A stretch of 63,557 nt of DNA, filler included, from Pelomyxa schiedti (GCA_020536535.1; 6 parts of 6 records of this genome joined end to end with filler, not necessarily neighbours in it); one strand, 5' to 3'; positions 1 to 13,450 are shown, numbered from the whole stretch's first letter. Notes: generated from the letters alone by a model not told the origin. Numbers and translations: made by a program.

Positions 1-120
1 GTTGCACCCCGTGGCCGATGGTCTTGTAGAAAACGCCTTTTTTTTCCGTCTCAGTTCCTCGTCTCTGGACTGAGAAAACTAATAAACCCGATAAAAAGTG
101 TGCACACTTGGGCAGTCCCA

Positions 121-516
121 AGGATTTGATCCCCTAGACTTACGCATTTTGCGTGTATTGTTCAGACGCGTTGAACGCCCGAACAAGCGCAACCGGAACA
201 TTTGGAATTTCCAAGTACAACTGTTTGACAACCGGAACCCGGGTTCCAGGTGAGGTGTTTTCGTCCTGCAAGCTAGATTTCCTTCACCCTTTCGAATCTT
301 ACACTTCGTTCGGGTTGCGCTTGTTCGGGCGTTCAACACGTCTGAACCACACACGCAAAATGCGTAAGTCTAGGGGATCAAATCCTGGCGGGGCTACCGA
401 ACTTTTTGGGTTTTCCAATGTTGTGTTTTCCCAGGGGGTGTGTTGGTTGGATGTGGAACTTGTGCTGTGTGGTGTGGTGGAAAAAACCAACAACCAGGGG
501 TGAAGGAAATCTAGCT
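121..516. repeat. Interleaved inverted-repeat element (A 121-199 / A' 308-386; B 271-289 / B' 498-516), possibly MITE- or SINE-like
   Basis: The 79-bp A arms are reverse complements with 4 mismatches. The B arms are a perfect 19-bp inverted repeat (AGCTAGATTTCCTTCACCC). There is a perfect palindrome GGAACCCGGGTTCC at 234-247. Confidence 0.85.
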
Positions 517-582
517 ACAGGATACTGACACTTTGGTACGTGTTCTACATCAGAAAAGAAGTTATGCATTTTGTTCTTTATG

Positions 583-1463
583 TCAGATGTATAGAGATAT
601 TACAAGGGACGTGAGGGAACAAAGTACTGTCATAACGATTCCTGTGTGCAGTGGATTATTATGTAGAGCTAGTAGCATAGAATCCATCATATGGTCACAG
701 AGGAAAACGGAAAGGAAGGTTATGGGAAGGGCAGCACAACTCAGTAAAATGTGGCTCCAATAAATCCACTGTAAAGCCACAATGCGGCAAACCACCATGG
801 CAGCTGCTACAATGAAGCCCAGTCCGAATAGTAGCCACCATACCCAATGGAAGCTGGTCTTTCGAATTAACAGTATCATGAGAACAACTGAACACCAGAG
901 CAACATGATGGCCCTGCAAAGGCAATGCGGGACACTCCCGTTAACGAGAATTATAACACCAAACAAGATGAGCCCTAGTGTATTCCGCCCCTTCATACTG
1001 AATGATATTAATGACCGGATAGAGACTGGTGGTATAGCATACTAGAGGAAACAGCCTTCTAAAACGAAAGTGGACCCCAGGATCAGCACCCAGATACTTA
1101 AGAGCCCTGATACAATAGAACTCCACAATAGCCCGCCCAAAAACACAGCGTGTACAACCTATAACATTTATTCGTTTATTTGTTTGGAGTTGGTTAAAAC
1201 CCACCAATGGCTTGGTTTCCGACTTCCACCCCAAATTACTGAACTTTATCATTACGTGAGAAGACACAAACCTTTTTCTGTGCGTCAGGGGCAGCATTTT
1301 CAGTTGGCAACAACGCAGGCAACAGAGGGCGTGCCTCATCGCCTGATGGGTAATATCCATATTTGGGAACTGGTGCTGCAGTTACGCCGTTTGGGGCCGT
1401 TGCGTTCTCGTTCGAACGGTCCCCCGCTGGCACTGGAACAACAACGTATGACTCGATCATCAT
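583..1463 (-). CDS. Spliced multi-pass membrane protein, weakly resembling the BI-1/TMBIM family; an in-frame stop near 1043 suggests a pseudogene
   Basis: Exon 1 reads MIESYVVVP...PDAQKK followed by a GT donor. The downstream frame is strongly hydrophobic (MKGRNTLGLILFG...VISLYI) with several TM-length segments. Exon 1 is duplicated at ~21740-21920. Confidence 0.4.
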
Positions 1464-2614
1464 TCCTCCTTTAGGTTCTTTGCTTAGTTTTTTCTCCGAT
1501 TCGCAAAATTTGGGGAAGGTTCCTTTTAAGGCCTACCCTGATCTGTGTGTGGCTTCCAATCGGCGTCCAAGACTCCGGCACTTGCAGCCCCCTTGCCGTT
1601 CCCCCTCAAGCGCACCAACGCGCCCCTGAAGCAGAGACGCAGCCCCCAAGAGGCCGCGCGTGCGCACACCCGTCGTCTTCCCCCCAGGCGCCGGCACCGC
1701 CTGCTCGGGCGTGCCCAAGCGCAAGCTCGCCCCGACGCAGCGCCGGCACGGCAGGTGGGTGGGCACCAACATCGAGAAGTGGGACCGCACCCACGGCAAT
1801 GCCGAGCCCGAACCCGAACCCAAAACCGAAACCACACCAAGTCGAGCGGAGCCTGGCCGAGCAGCTGCTGGCCGCCGCGTGCAGCGCGGCGGCGCACATG
1901 TGGCGGCACGACGGCCTGCCCGCCAACCTGCGCAGGGTGATTGCCGAGTCCGACCTGTTCTTTGCTGTGTGTGTGTCACTGCCCCAAAGTTCCGTGTGTT
2001 CCACTTTGGCGTTTCGCCGCTCACTCTGAGTGTATCTGCTGAGCCACGCGAGGTCTATGTCAAGCACATACAGTGCCGCAAGGCAACTTCTGCTGACCTA
2101 TTGCATATTATCTTTGTCAAGAAGGAGCTTCTCAGTCACTCCCGTACACGGTATTTGTTGATTGATGCACTGACCGGAAGGAAAGAAATCCTGCTTCAAG
2201 GCACGCATTCTTACACTCGGCACACAGCCAATCACCAGTGGTGGGTGTGCTATGACTTGCATGATAAGGTTCTACATGTAGAAAACTTGGTGGAGAAGAG
2301 ACACATCTGCTGTGCTACAGGTGACATCGATGTTCCAAAGTACACAGGTGTATTCATGTACTTGAGCAAGATAAACCGAAATGAGTTGGTGATTTGCATT
2401 GAACGTGAGGAATTGAGTGGTAAACTCCTCTACATCTTTGTGATCGACGTTGAACAGAGCTTTCGTCAGGAATATTCCGTCATTACCTACCAAACATGTT
2501 GTCCGATACCATCAAACCAACACTATGGCTCCAGCGTTGTCATCTCCAGTCTTGGCTTGGCTCACAGGGAGAGCGGACATAAAATTGGGACAAATGGCCT
2601 CACCTTGAGAACCA
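1201..2614 (+). repeat. Segmental duplication, copy 1 (copy 2 at 21668-23334)
   Basis: Both copies start CCACCAATGGCTTGG and match to ...CTTGAGAACCA. Confidence 0.95.
1548..2614 (+). pseudogene. Damaged, 3'-truncated copy of the PRCG-family gene at 22158-23708
   Basis: Near-identical DNA to 22158-23334, but the start is degenerate, there are deletions and frameshifts, and homology ends abruptly at 2614. Confidence 0.9.
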
Positions 2615-2779
2615 GCAGCGGACAGCCTTGCCGCACTCCCCTCCTCAGTGGGAAGTGTATGCCAGAGGGTAGGTATGCTTCAGTGTCTTGCATAAGGTGT
2701 GTAATGAGGAAGAGGAAGAGGATGTGGATGCCAGTGGGGGAATGGTGGAGGAGTCACCTGTTTGGTCATGGCCTCAAGA

Positions 2780-3480
2780 GAGCTCAAGCCATCATCCCGA
2801 AGGTTATTGGCCTCCAACGGAAAGTGTTGGCTGCCAATATCTACATCCACTCCATCCTCCAATACCAATCCGATTCGAAATTTTTTCCCCAACAGACATC
2901 TGGAAACCATACATGACCAATATCTTCCGATTGATCACCCCCTCAAACTGCACATCCCTGGAGCACCTCACCACCCTCAAAAAGCAAGGGGGGCTGTCTA
3001 CACCCTTGCTGGATATGATGTGGTGGAACGTTGCAACAGCAATTTCAGCCTATCGCAACCCCAATCGTCATAACCCCACAAACAAAGATGGCACCAGCCC
3101 AATTTGGGAGGTTGCCCTCCTCAATAAGCACATTCCAGCCCACATGAGCACACCCACTGACATCTACAGGAGTATCATGCAAGAACGACCCACCAAACCC
3201 CTACACCACAAACTTCACACTGCCCAGTCAAGAGCTCCTTCCTGCCTGTAGGAGTGTACAAAAATACCCCAGCATAGATATGGGTAGATATAATATTACT
3301 ACTTCAGAGTTGGGTGCCAGGGAAAACTTACATGCTGGCCATTTGGAATACCAAGAATGGTATCGTACCATAGCTCACCTATGGAGAGGACACTTTCATG
3401 TTCCTCAGTGGCAGTGGCACTTGTTCAATAAATGCATCCCCGTTGAGATTATGAAAGGATGGTGTACACAGTGAACTTCG
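2780..3480 (+). mobile_element. Degenerate L1/Tx1-like non-LTR retrotransposon, 3' (post-RT) remnant
   Basis: Motifs spread across frames: RKVLAANIYIHSILQY, LTTLKKQGGLSTPLL (like L..PK..GGLG.P.L) and MLAIWNTKNGIV (like W.IW..RN). Confidence 0.55.
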
Positions 3481-3731
3481 GCAGAGTATGTAGATGATGA
3501 ACCCAGAGTGTTCTTTGTTACGTTGAAGAATGAAAGTCGGGAAGTAAGTGGAAATTTATACACCACCTCCAGGAATAACAAGTAACCATTGTATTGTCAG
3601 TGAATTTATTACTACTAAGAGCTATGCAGGTAGGTTTCATAAACTCTATACTATGCCTTCTGTTAACCGAAATGGTGTGTATTGGCAAGTATTGCCTGGG
3701 TTTTGCTGGTGTGGAGAGTTTGGGATGTCTT

Positions 3732-6700
3732 TCATAAATAGCAACTTGTTTTGGTGGTTGATGTACAATCGCTGGCAGGGGAAACAAGTTGGTCAAGGCA
3801 TGTCAACATCAATGATGCAGTACTGGATGGTGTTGTAGGTGGCGTTGTACTTGGAGGATGTGCAGGTTGTGTCTGTATGGAAAATACAAGTGAAGAGCCC
3901 TCATCCTGAGTGGTTATCTGCAACGCGCAGTTTGCTGGAAGTTGCTTTTTTAGTCTCATTTCGGATATCTCAGTGACGACCTTGTCCTCTAGGTACAGCT
4001 GAACTTGGCGCGCTCCGAGCCGGGGCTCCACACTGTGAGCAACAAGGGCCTTGGCACCCTGGCTCATGTCTAGTATTATTCCGTCTTCTTGAAGTATTTG
4101 GGTTATTTTTTGAACCATAAGGCCAACGATTTTGAGAAGTTCATCACACGTCACACAATGTCATCCAGTCAAGCCATGAATTCTGATGGGAATCAGTCAA
4201 GGAATTAATCTGACACCACACCTGGATGAAAGCGGCCGCGGGCCTGTTCCATAACACTCTCATAAACTTCATCCAGAATTGCACCATCTGCACAGTAATT
4301 GCTAAGAAGTAGATCAGCACCAATATTTGAAGTCAGCAGAACAATTGTATTGCTGAAATCGACGGTGTGACCATGGCCATCAGTTAGGCGCCCATCGTCT
4401 AGAACTGTTGGCCAAAATGAGTGCTAAAATGGCCCAGGAGGGTGTACCTTGCAATAGTATGTCAACTACTTCTGGGTGTGCTTTTTCTACTTCGTCGAAA
4501 AGCACAACAGAATATGGTCTGCGGCGCACAGCATCAGTGAGTTGTCCACCTTCATCATACCCAAGATAACCAGGAGGTGCACCAATCAAACGGGAAGTAC
4601 TATGTGGCTCCTTATACTATGTATTTGGTAACAAGAAGTTAGAGGTGCATGGCGAGCGCAAAATCACCTCCGAGCAGTCCACTCGCACTATATGGCTTTC
4701 ATCATCTAGAAGCTCAGCAGCAAGAGCTTTGGCAAGTTCAGTTTTGCCAACTCCTGACAGTCCGAGAAACTAAAATACAGTGACAATGGGAATCACATAA
4801 TGCAAAGATTTACCATGAACTTCCCCATTGGCTTCTTTCCATATTTGTAGCCGGCCTGACACCTTAAGACAGCTTTAGCCACTGTTTCAATTGCCTTTGT
4901 TTGTCCGATGATTCTCTGTTGCAGCTTGTCTCGTAAGTGCAACGCCGTTTCTACCTCTGTATCTGCCAATCGTCCTAGGCGTATGCCAGTATACATGCTC
5001 ACAACTTCCAACACTTGCTCTGGCCCCACTGTGTCAGTGCAAAGTCGGTACTGTTTTACTTCCTCTGTAAGCTGCAAGAAAATGAGACAACAGAACAGAA
5101 CTGGGAGATGTGGTACCACTTTGATTTGAGCTTCTACACCCTTTAAGTGTGCATCTAAACCCATGACCTCAACACCTCTATTGGCACTTGCAAGTTTTTC
5201 CTTGAGAACATTGAGTTGCTTCATCTTTTCCTTGTAAGCATTGTGTAGGGCGATGAGGGAGTTCAATTCCTCTGCAATTTTTGCTAGGCTGTCTTTCACT
5301 TGGGCTAACTGCAGTTGGTTTCTTGGGTCGCTGACTCTTTCCAAGGCCTTTGCCTCTAAGGTGAGTTGGTGTTGCTTGCTTCCCAGTCTTTTAATAGCTG
5401 CTGGTTCCGTGCTCATCTGAACGAGGATGTTGGCGGCCGCTGAGTCCACCAAATCAAATGCACATTCCGGTAGGCACCTACCTGCAATGGACCGGTGGGC
5501 CAGTGTTGCAGCTGCAATCAGAGCACCATCTGTTATTTCTATGCTGTGATGTTCTTCGTAGTGCTGCTTTACTCCACGGAGAATTGTAATGACATTCTGC
5601 ACAGAAAGTTCGGGCACCCTCACTACATGGAACCTACTTGCGAGTTCACTGTTTTCAATATACTTACTATAGTCTTCATCTGTAGTGGCGCCGATGAAAC
5701 GACCCATAGTACTTGGAAGGGTGAGACACGAGATGCAGAAAGAAAGAAAGAAAGAAAGGCTTACAGAACAGTGTTGAGCAAGTTGAGTATCGCAATACAC
5801 CGCTCTTCTGGTTTTCCAAGTATATGGATATTATCAATAAACAATATATGGTCCTCGGTGAGGCGGAAATCTCATGTACAATAGCTCTGAATTTTGCCTC
5901 TAACTCCTCACACAGTCCATTTGTCAGCACCTTCTAAATCTCAAAGTTAGTATTGCACAAGAGTAAGGGAGGTCAACCATATCGATGGCAACTAGTTTAC
6001 AACACAAAGCTCTGGGAACGTCGCCATGAACTATACAATGAGCAAGCCCATTTACAATAGCAGTCTTTCCTACACCATGTTGTCCAATTAAGATTGGATT
6101 GCAGTTGTTGGCCCTAGTAGATAAATTCGTCAATGAAGAAGCAGAAGAGTGTATTACTTTGCCAGAATTTGTATCAACGCCTGAATTTCAGGATCACGAC
6201 AAAAGACAGCATCCAACTTTCCAATTTTCGCCAGTGACACCAGATCTGACCCGAAATTTCCAAGGGCAGGCTCAGATTGTACTTGTGGGGCACGCAATTG
6301 TTGTATGGCCGTCTCCAGCTGTTGTCTTGATACTCCCCTGCGCGAAAGCCACTTACTGTAGCATTGTCGCAACAAAGTCCAACTGTGAAAGTGTTAATAA
6401 AAGAAAAAACCCAGTGTAATGAACTTACGCAACAAGTGGTCCACATTAACATAGGTATCGTGCTGTTTATGTTGTTCTTCAACTGCTAACCGTAGGACTC
6501 GATCAGTAGGCCCCGTAAGGAATAGCATTTTTGAGGTCTCGATCCGATTTTGCGGTTCTCGCGCCTAGGGAACAAGATATGAGCAAGATCATAGAAGTAT
6601 ATTGAAGCAAAGACAATGACGCCAAGAAACGAATTAAAAACCAAGGGAATCACGAACGGCGCCACACACCACGAGGCCTCGTAGTTCGTGCAATGCGAGT

Positions 6701-6937
6701 TTTACGTTCCCTCCAGCTCTGCCAAACACAGCCCTCCCTTCCCCTACTGTTTTCATAGAGAAGAACGCCAACGGCCAGATGCACCGGGGCAACCCTGCGT
6801 GCTTTCCTCAGCCGCGCCAGGCTCTCGGCACATGACAGCGCGGTCTTGGCATCCTCAGTGCAGGCCCAAACAACATCGAATCCCTCGGGGTATTTCATCC
6901 CTCCGCCCTGGCCCATTGAGTCCGCACCACCGTCCAT
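3732..6937 (-). pseudogene. clpB: ClpB/Hsp100 chaperone gene, multi-intron, with disabling lesions
   Basis: Clp N-domain, NBD1 Walker A GQHGVGKT, coiled-coil middle domain, NBD2 [46 protein letters not shown] and [11 protein letters not shown]. Lesions: frameshift near 5860, TGA at 4169-4171 (EFMA*LDDIV), frameshift near 4152. Confidence 0.9.
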
Positions 6938-7849
6938 CGTGCAAGGGGCCTTTGATGAAGATGAAGGACAGCCTCATGACCCCAAAACTGTGGATCTCCC
7001 GCCCGGGCAATCAGTTTCAAAAATGTCACACAACATGTGGCGCGGTGACTTCGCATCCCTGTAGTTCTACAGTGGTTTGCAGAAGTCGTGAAAAAATTTT
7101 GACAAAAAAATTGCGCCCCAACTTTCGCGGCATTTGTTTACTCATCGGAGAACCCGCGGTTTTTAATTACGCATCGGGCTGCGGGCGTTACGGCGATGGT
7201 GAAGAGTGTCTACAGTTACGATGCACTGCACCGTGGCCCGGTAACTGTGTCACTGGCGATCTCACAGAAAAACGTACACGAGCGGTGCACGATGCACGGC
7301 CTCGCTTTGGCCCAATGTAGGCAACAAACCCCCATGAAGGCACCCCAACACCCGCGTTACAGACTGCCACATCAACACACGTAACTGCACCGTAAGTATC
7401 GGGGCCGTTGGCAACAGAAAAACAATTAGTGTGATTGTTCCTACACTGAACACCCGGTGGTGCTGTGCACCCAAATAGAATGCGCATCGGCACACAACGA
7501 CACACTTTGGTACTGCATTAGAAACCGCCACAACTTGGTGACAATGTCGGCGACGATCGACGGAAATGGCGGGCACTGTTGGCTACTGTCGTGGCAACAA
7601 TCGTGGCAACAGTGAAACCACAATCGCCAAGAATCACAGACACCATCCTCGTAGAGTCGATGAATCCAACAGTGCAGACAACAGTGAAAGGACGGCATTT
7701 GTACAACAGTTTCCAAAGCAATACAGACAACACAGAGGTCAAACAATGTGGCAATTACAAAAAATAAAATAAGAAAAAAATGTGAAGGTGGCACTGACAT
7801 ACAAACGCCCCGGCACTTGGGGTTTTTGGTTTTTTTACTTCCCAACCGC

Positions 7850-7898
7850 TTGCAAACAAACTTTGCACACGAACTTTGCAAACGAACTTCGCAAACAT
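7850..7898. repeat. 13-bp tandem repeat, ~3.7 copies (TTGCAAACGAACT)
   Basis: ttgcaaacaaact-ttgcacacgaact-ttgcaaacgaact-tcgcaaaca. Confidence 0.8.
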
Positions 7899-8654
7899 GT
7901 TTGCTTCGTTGGAAACTGTTTTCAGTCCATGTTTTGGTCAAAAATCTGGTTCATTCCACGAGCAAACGCACCCCAGTGTAACTGACTGGAGGTCCACTTC
8001 CCTGCTGCATGATTGGTAAGCTGCGGGAGAATTTTGTTGTTGAAGCCTGGACTTATGTTAAATGAACGAAGTCATCAGGTGGAACGAAAAAGCAAGAGAA
8101 TGAGAATGCTGTGACCACATCTACCCCCAAGTCAACGGCCCCACGAGAGTGTTGAGTCGCCGTCCCATTGTGGTAGTCACGCCCCGTAATCAGTGCCCAC
8201 AACTCAACAGCCGCGCAGGTCGAGATCCCCCCATCCAGATCTGTGTCAGCGCATAATAGGGAGTGCCACAGACTCATTCTCGCGACATGTGCACTCTTGG
8301 GGGCTTGCGGACAACAGCACCCCGAGACTCTGCGACACTTAGATCTATGCGGAAAATTCACACCAAGGACAAAAAAAAAAACAAACCCGGAAGCCGCTGA
8401 TGCCTGTCGTGTTGCTTGTCGTCAGCGTGTGCGTGCCCTTTGATTCTCCGCGTATACTGCGCCGAAAATCAAAGGGCATTGCGCCACCATTGGTCATGCC
8501 CCCAGTTCTGAAATCCTGCACAAGTCTGTTTTAACGATGCCGGACAACCTGTGCTGGACTGCATAAGCAGGTTTTCCTTTTTTTCTTCATCGTAATCTTC
8601 TCTCTTCCTGAATTTCAAACGCGCAACAGGCAGTGGGTGGGATTAACTTGTCAA

Positions 8655-8765
<111 letters not shown>

Positions 8766-9084
8766 TTAAATCTAAAGAGTACTAACTGTTTTTTACAATG
8801 TTCAGTACCAACAGTGTTGAGCTAAGGGAGCAGATGAAGATGGGTACCACATGTCTTCTCTACCCCGATGACACCTTCACAATCTTTCTCGGCAAAGAAA
8901 GATTGTCTGTTAGACCCCGTGGTGCGGCCCCTTCAATTTTATCCAATCTGTTATAATCACCTACCACAAGCGGTAGTATTCACGCTCCTTGGGCCAGGCA
9001 GTCAAAAGACTAACCGTCACGAAATCCACTACTCTGTATGCCAATGGGAAAGGGAGGGAATAGTAATAATAGGGAAGAAGCACA

Positions 9085-10210
9085 TTCCTAAATGGCTAAC
9101 AGAACCCGATCTTCAGCAAATATATGGTGACTGATACAGAGCTTGGCAGGTTTTTCAAGCAACCACCTACTAACACTTCTAGACTCGCCACGAATCGAAA
9201 TCCCAAACGTCTCGTTTTTTTTCCCTAATTAATCTGCTGTAGTGGTGCTGGTGGTACTGTTCTTTTAGGGTATGACTCGTATCGTGATGTGGCCATAAAA
9301 AGTGTGCACATTTCAAATGGAGATTGGAAGAGTCTAAAGGCAGAGCTGAAAATCGGCCGCATACTGAGCCACCCCAATGTCTTACCGATAATCGACTACT
9401 ACGAGAGCCCGGAAGACAACACATGTATTGTAATACCCAGGTTTAATTCCCAGACCTCAACTGGTAGTTTCACTTACTCCTTTCCCAGAGTTCATGGAGG
9501 AACTTCGTGTGAAAAAATCACGGTTGATAGTTGTCTGTCCCCCCTCCCTCTTTTTTACACCCTTTTTTCCACAGGAAGGTGCTTGTCTTACAGAGCCTGA
9601 AGCAAGAGCTATTTTTTCACAGATACTTGACAGTGTGGACTATCTTCACTCCTGTGGTATATTTCATAGGTTGCTGGTCCCTCTGTTTTTTTTTTTTTAT
9701 TCTCAATTTCTTTTGGTTCCAGGGACCTTAAGGTTTGATCAAATAAAGGCAACACTGTTCCTCACCACCAATTAGGTGGATAATGTTATGCTCATGGATA
9801 CGAGGAGCCCTCCACATGTGAAAATAATTGTACGCCTGATGTCATAGTATCCGGCCAACAAACTAATCTTTCTCAAAAAAGGATTTTGGTTTGTCGCGAG
9901 TTTTAAAAGGTATAGGACTACTTACTTTCCTTTTTCTGTTTGTCTGTTCAAACATCCTCCCAGAAGGAGAACTGGCTCACACATACTGCGGCACGCCGCA
10001 TTATAGTCTTCCATTGTAGCCAGGGGTCGAACTTGTACCAGGGGTATAGTTTTCCAGCAGATATGTGGTAAGTACCATTGAGTTGGTGACACAATCACTA
10101 ACATAAGCTCAGGTCTCTTGGCATACTACTTCATGCAATGTGAGTGAGCCAAAAACAGTCCCACCTCTTTCCCATTTACTCACCTCTTTAGGCTCACTGG
10201 GTCGTTTCTG
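9085..10210 (+). pseudogene. CAMK-like Ser/Thr protein kinase, multi-exon, damaged after the activation loop
   Basis: Spliced motifs ELG-SGAGGTV, VAIK, LSHPNV, YLHSCGIFHR|DLK|VDNVML, DFGLSR and TYCGTPHY. The APE motif is missing and there is a frameshift before ADMW. Start and end are approximate. Confidence 0.8.
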
Positions 10211-10463
10211 ATTGAACACATCCATCCCTTTGACCAGTCAATTTAACCCACTACACCGAGTTTTAGTGGTTCTGCCACGGGTGGCGTTTGGCCTGCTGCG
10301 CCGTCAGCCGTTGAGATGGGTCGTTCTGCAGGAGTCGCAGCATGAGGTCCTTGGCTGGAAGAAGACGGTGAGGTGACTGTCAGTAAGATGAAGGAGGGTG
10401 GACTGGAAATACAGACGAGCCTTTTTTTTCCCGATCAGATCTCGTCCCTGATAAGGGGAAAAA

Positions 10464-12102
10464 ATGGGACTGTGGCAGTCGACATCGAAGCAAACAGACG
10501 GCTACCGTGGCGAAGCTCGTGAGAGCATGCCCCAACAGCACAACGAAGGAACAGGCGAAGACACCAGGAATGAGGCGAACCTCGAATTGGATAGCGTGGA
10601 GGACGAGGTGGCGGAGGAGCCTGCGGCGGGGGCGGCCGACGTGGAGGAGGAAGAGGGAGAGGCCGCGGTCAGCCCGCCCCCGCCCAAGAGGCCGTTCGGC
10701 CGGACCAAGTCGTTCTACCCCTCGCCCTACGAGAAGGACCTGCTGGAGCGCCAGCGGGCTGCCTACCGCCGCATGCTCCCCACCAAGCCCCCGCTGGAGC
10801 CCCAGATCCCCCTCCCAGTGCTGCTCCCGGGCGGCGCCCCCGCCCCGCCGTCCAACCCCAACCTCCAGCACAAGCGCAGGAGGCGCGGGAGGTGGCGCCA
10901 CACCCACACGAAATACAACACTGAGCCGCTTCTGCCCACGCCCGCGCCCACGTACGGCGTCGGGCTCTGCGGTCGGTCGCAGGTGGCGGCGCTCGCGGCC
11001 GCGTGCCACCCGAGGTGCGGGGCGGGCGCGGCCGCGAGGCTTATCTGGAGGCACGAGGGGCTTCCCCGGCACTTATGGGAGTTGATCAGGGAGTCCCAGG
11101 TCTCGTTCGCGGTGTGTATCACGAACCCAAAGTTCCACGTGTTGTACTTTGGAATTTCTGCACTGACTCTGGGTGTTCTCACTGAACCGCGTGAATTCCG
11201 TGCCAAAGAATTCCGCTGCCGTAATGTGACTTCTGCTGGGCGCTCACACTTGAACATCGTGAAGAAGGAGATGCTTGGGGGCCACAGGTGCAGATACGCG
11301 CTGATGGACGCAATACAGGGTGACGTGTGGCTTCTGATGGAATTAAGTGCCTCTTATACTCGGCATGCAGCAAACCACAAGTGGTGGCTGTGCTACAACT
11401 TCAAAGAATCAATAGTGTGCATTGCAAACCTGGTGGATAAAGTTGTTGTACGCTGCTATTTGACCGTTGAAGGTGATGTCTACAACCAGGCCGCTTTCTT
11501 CTTCAACTGTGCCAATGCTGACGAGGCTGTTGTAGCGATTGAGCTTGATGGAGGGAAAGTAGAACTCGACTTGCTTGACATAGAGGAAACATTCCGTTAC
11601 CAAACTGTTACATCCACATGCACGGTGAGGTTCGTTCTTCCTGCTGGCCAAACACTGGACTCGGGGCTGGTATTCGACTCCATAGAATGTGGCGAGCAGA
11701 CCAGGAAGTGCACCTTCATTGTGAAGAGCACATACAACGGTTGCATTGACGGGGATGTGTTCCAACTGCAAGTGGCAGAACCTGCAACATCATGCCAGTG
11801 CGTACATATCTACAGCAACGCCACAGCAGTCACGCAGTTAGATGCGGCTCACTTCTGTGTCCATGGTTGACCGCTTCGATATCTGCGAATGCCACAGCAT
11901 GAAGCCGGTCAGAACCGTTGCTTGTAAACTGCCAAGTTCGCCACTCACGGAAATGTTTGCTGAAGCCGGCACTCTGATACATGTTGAAGACGGCATGGTT
12001 GTGGAGGTGCAGGACTGGGTCTCTGGGGCTCTCATTCTCACAATGTCCTTCCGTGGCACCTGGCACCCGACAGTCACTCGTGTTGCCTCGTCTCGCTCCT
12101 GA
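10464..12102 (+). CDS. PRCG-family protein (paralogue of 22158-23708) with one frameshift near 11860
   Basis: MGLWQS N-terminus and QVAALAAACHPRCGAGAAARLIWRHEGLP motif. It is collinear with the 22158 protein, and homology continues in the 11842-12102 frame. Confidence 0.8.
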
Positions 12103-12944
12103 TTGATTGCCATGAAAACCTCCACTTCGTTGTTGAAGATTCGAAACTAAAAAGGAAGAACTTTTTCCCCTGTTACGTTTCCGCGGCACCCTTTCTGTGG
12201 TTGGGTGCAAGGGAGTGAACAGAGGTGGCACTGGGGAGGAAGGTGTCCAACCTCAAGGGCGTGACTATGTTTTGGCATCAGAATCTGACTTTGGAGCTCT
12301 CATTGTACCGCTTTGTTTCACCCATCAAGCCCTTTTGGAATCCCAGAGTTTTAACATCATCCAAACAATTATTGCTGTCCTGTCAGGTTAAGGAGAGGCA
12401 AGTCCTAGGATTGTTTCCAGTTTTGCCCTATATTAATGTTATCCGTGACGAAAGTAAGGCACAAGAAAGAAACTCCTAGCAAGAAGATTTGCATGATTTT
12501 TTTAAATGGGAATACATATTAATGTGCCCGCCCGACACTAGTCGAACTGAATATTGTGAGAAGAGGGGAACCCAGTTGTTTGCCACTAATAATTTGTATT
12601 GGAGAAAGAAGTGCTTTGCGGGAAGCGATGTTCCGGTGTTCCCTCCCAACAGTGAAGATAAAGCAGTCATTGGTAGTTTAGTTTTATCGAGATTCTTCCC
12701 CTCCCTTCTAGGTAGTGAGAAAACATCATTAAAACTACATTCGATCTTCTGAGTGTTCGTTATACCTTCTGAGGTTTTTAGTTCAGTGTTGAAGTTGTAG
12801 CCTTCGCCACGAATACACAGGGCACTGCCCCATTCATTCTTCTGATAAACCACGTGTCTACTCGGAAGAAATACGAATCGAAGTGACCAAACCTACAATC
12901 TGATTCACTCAAACACAAAAACTCCCATTAGATCTTCTCAGGTC

Positions 12945-13450
12945 AAAAAAAGAAAAAAAAAAAAAAAAGAAAGAATTGATGCACATTGGTATGAGGAACT
13001 GGAAAGCTTTTAGCAAAATGAAATCCAAGTAACACATATAGATACCTACAGCGTTGCGTCCAGTGTATGGCATTACTGACTTGCTGGGGTGTCAGAGCCC
13101 CCAAACTCTCTAGACAAGGTAAGGTGCCTTCCCCTTCTTCAAACGTTGCGTTCATGTGTGGTTGGTGGGGAGAGAGTGTTGTTGGTAAAGGCAGTGGTGG
13201 GTTTATCCAAAAAGTATTTCTTGAGCAACTTTTGGTAATCCAGAGGTGCCAAAGAAAGTTACATCGAGGATAAAAATGATGACTTTCCCCACTGGGGCAG
13301 ATATGGTTCATCATAGTATACAAATCAAACCAGTAAAAGTCCAGAGGTTGACAAGGTAAGAGGTTCGTCGTCGATGAACGACTCAGTTTGCAACAGGAAA
13401 ACCAACACCAAGAGCTCTGGATATCAATTAAAACAATGAATGACATTTGA
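12945..13450 (-). mobile_element. Possible L1-like 3' remnant
   Basis: ICPSGESHHFYPRC followed by LWHLWITK resembles the L1 C-terminal CCHC and W..W motifs. Highly degenerate. Confidence 0.3.

Noticed and set aside
308-398. Bona fide tRNA gene
   Set aside because: Only a T-arm/acceptor-3'-like half is present, with no complementary 5' acceptor strand, D-arm or 7-nt anticodon loop.
7850-7898. CRISPR-like array
   Set aside because: The 13-bp units have no spacers, the context is eukaryotic, and there are no cas genes.
7150-8450. Cys-rich short ORFs or snRNA candidates
   Set aside because: No consistent frame and no recognisable snRNA consensus.
10380-11257. Long overlapping antisense ORFs (also at 1526-2067, 22020-22790 and 28198-29073)
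   Set aside because: They are shadow ORFs of GC-rich coding sequence.
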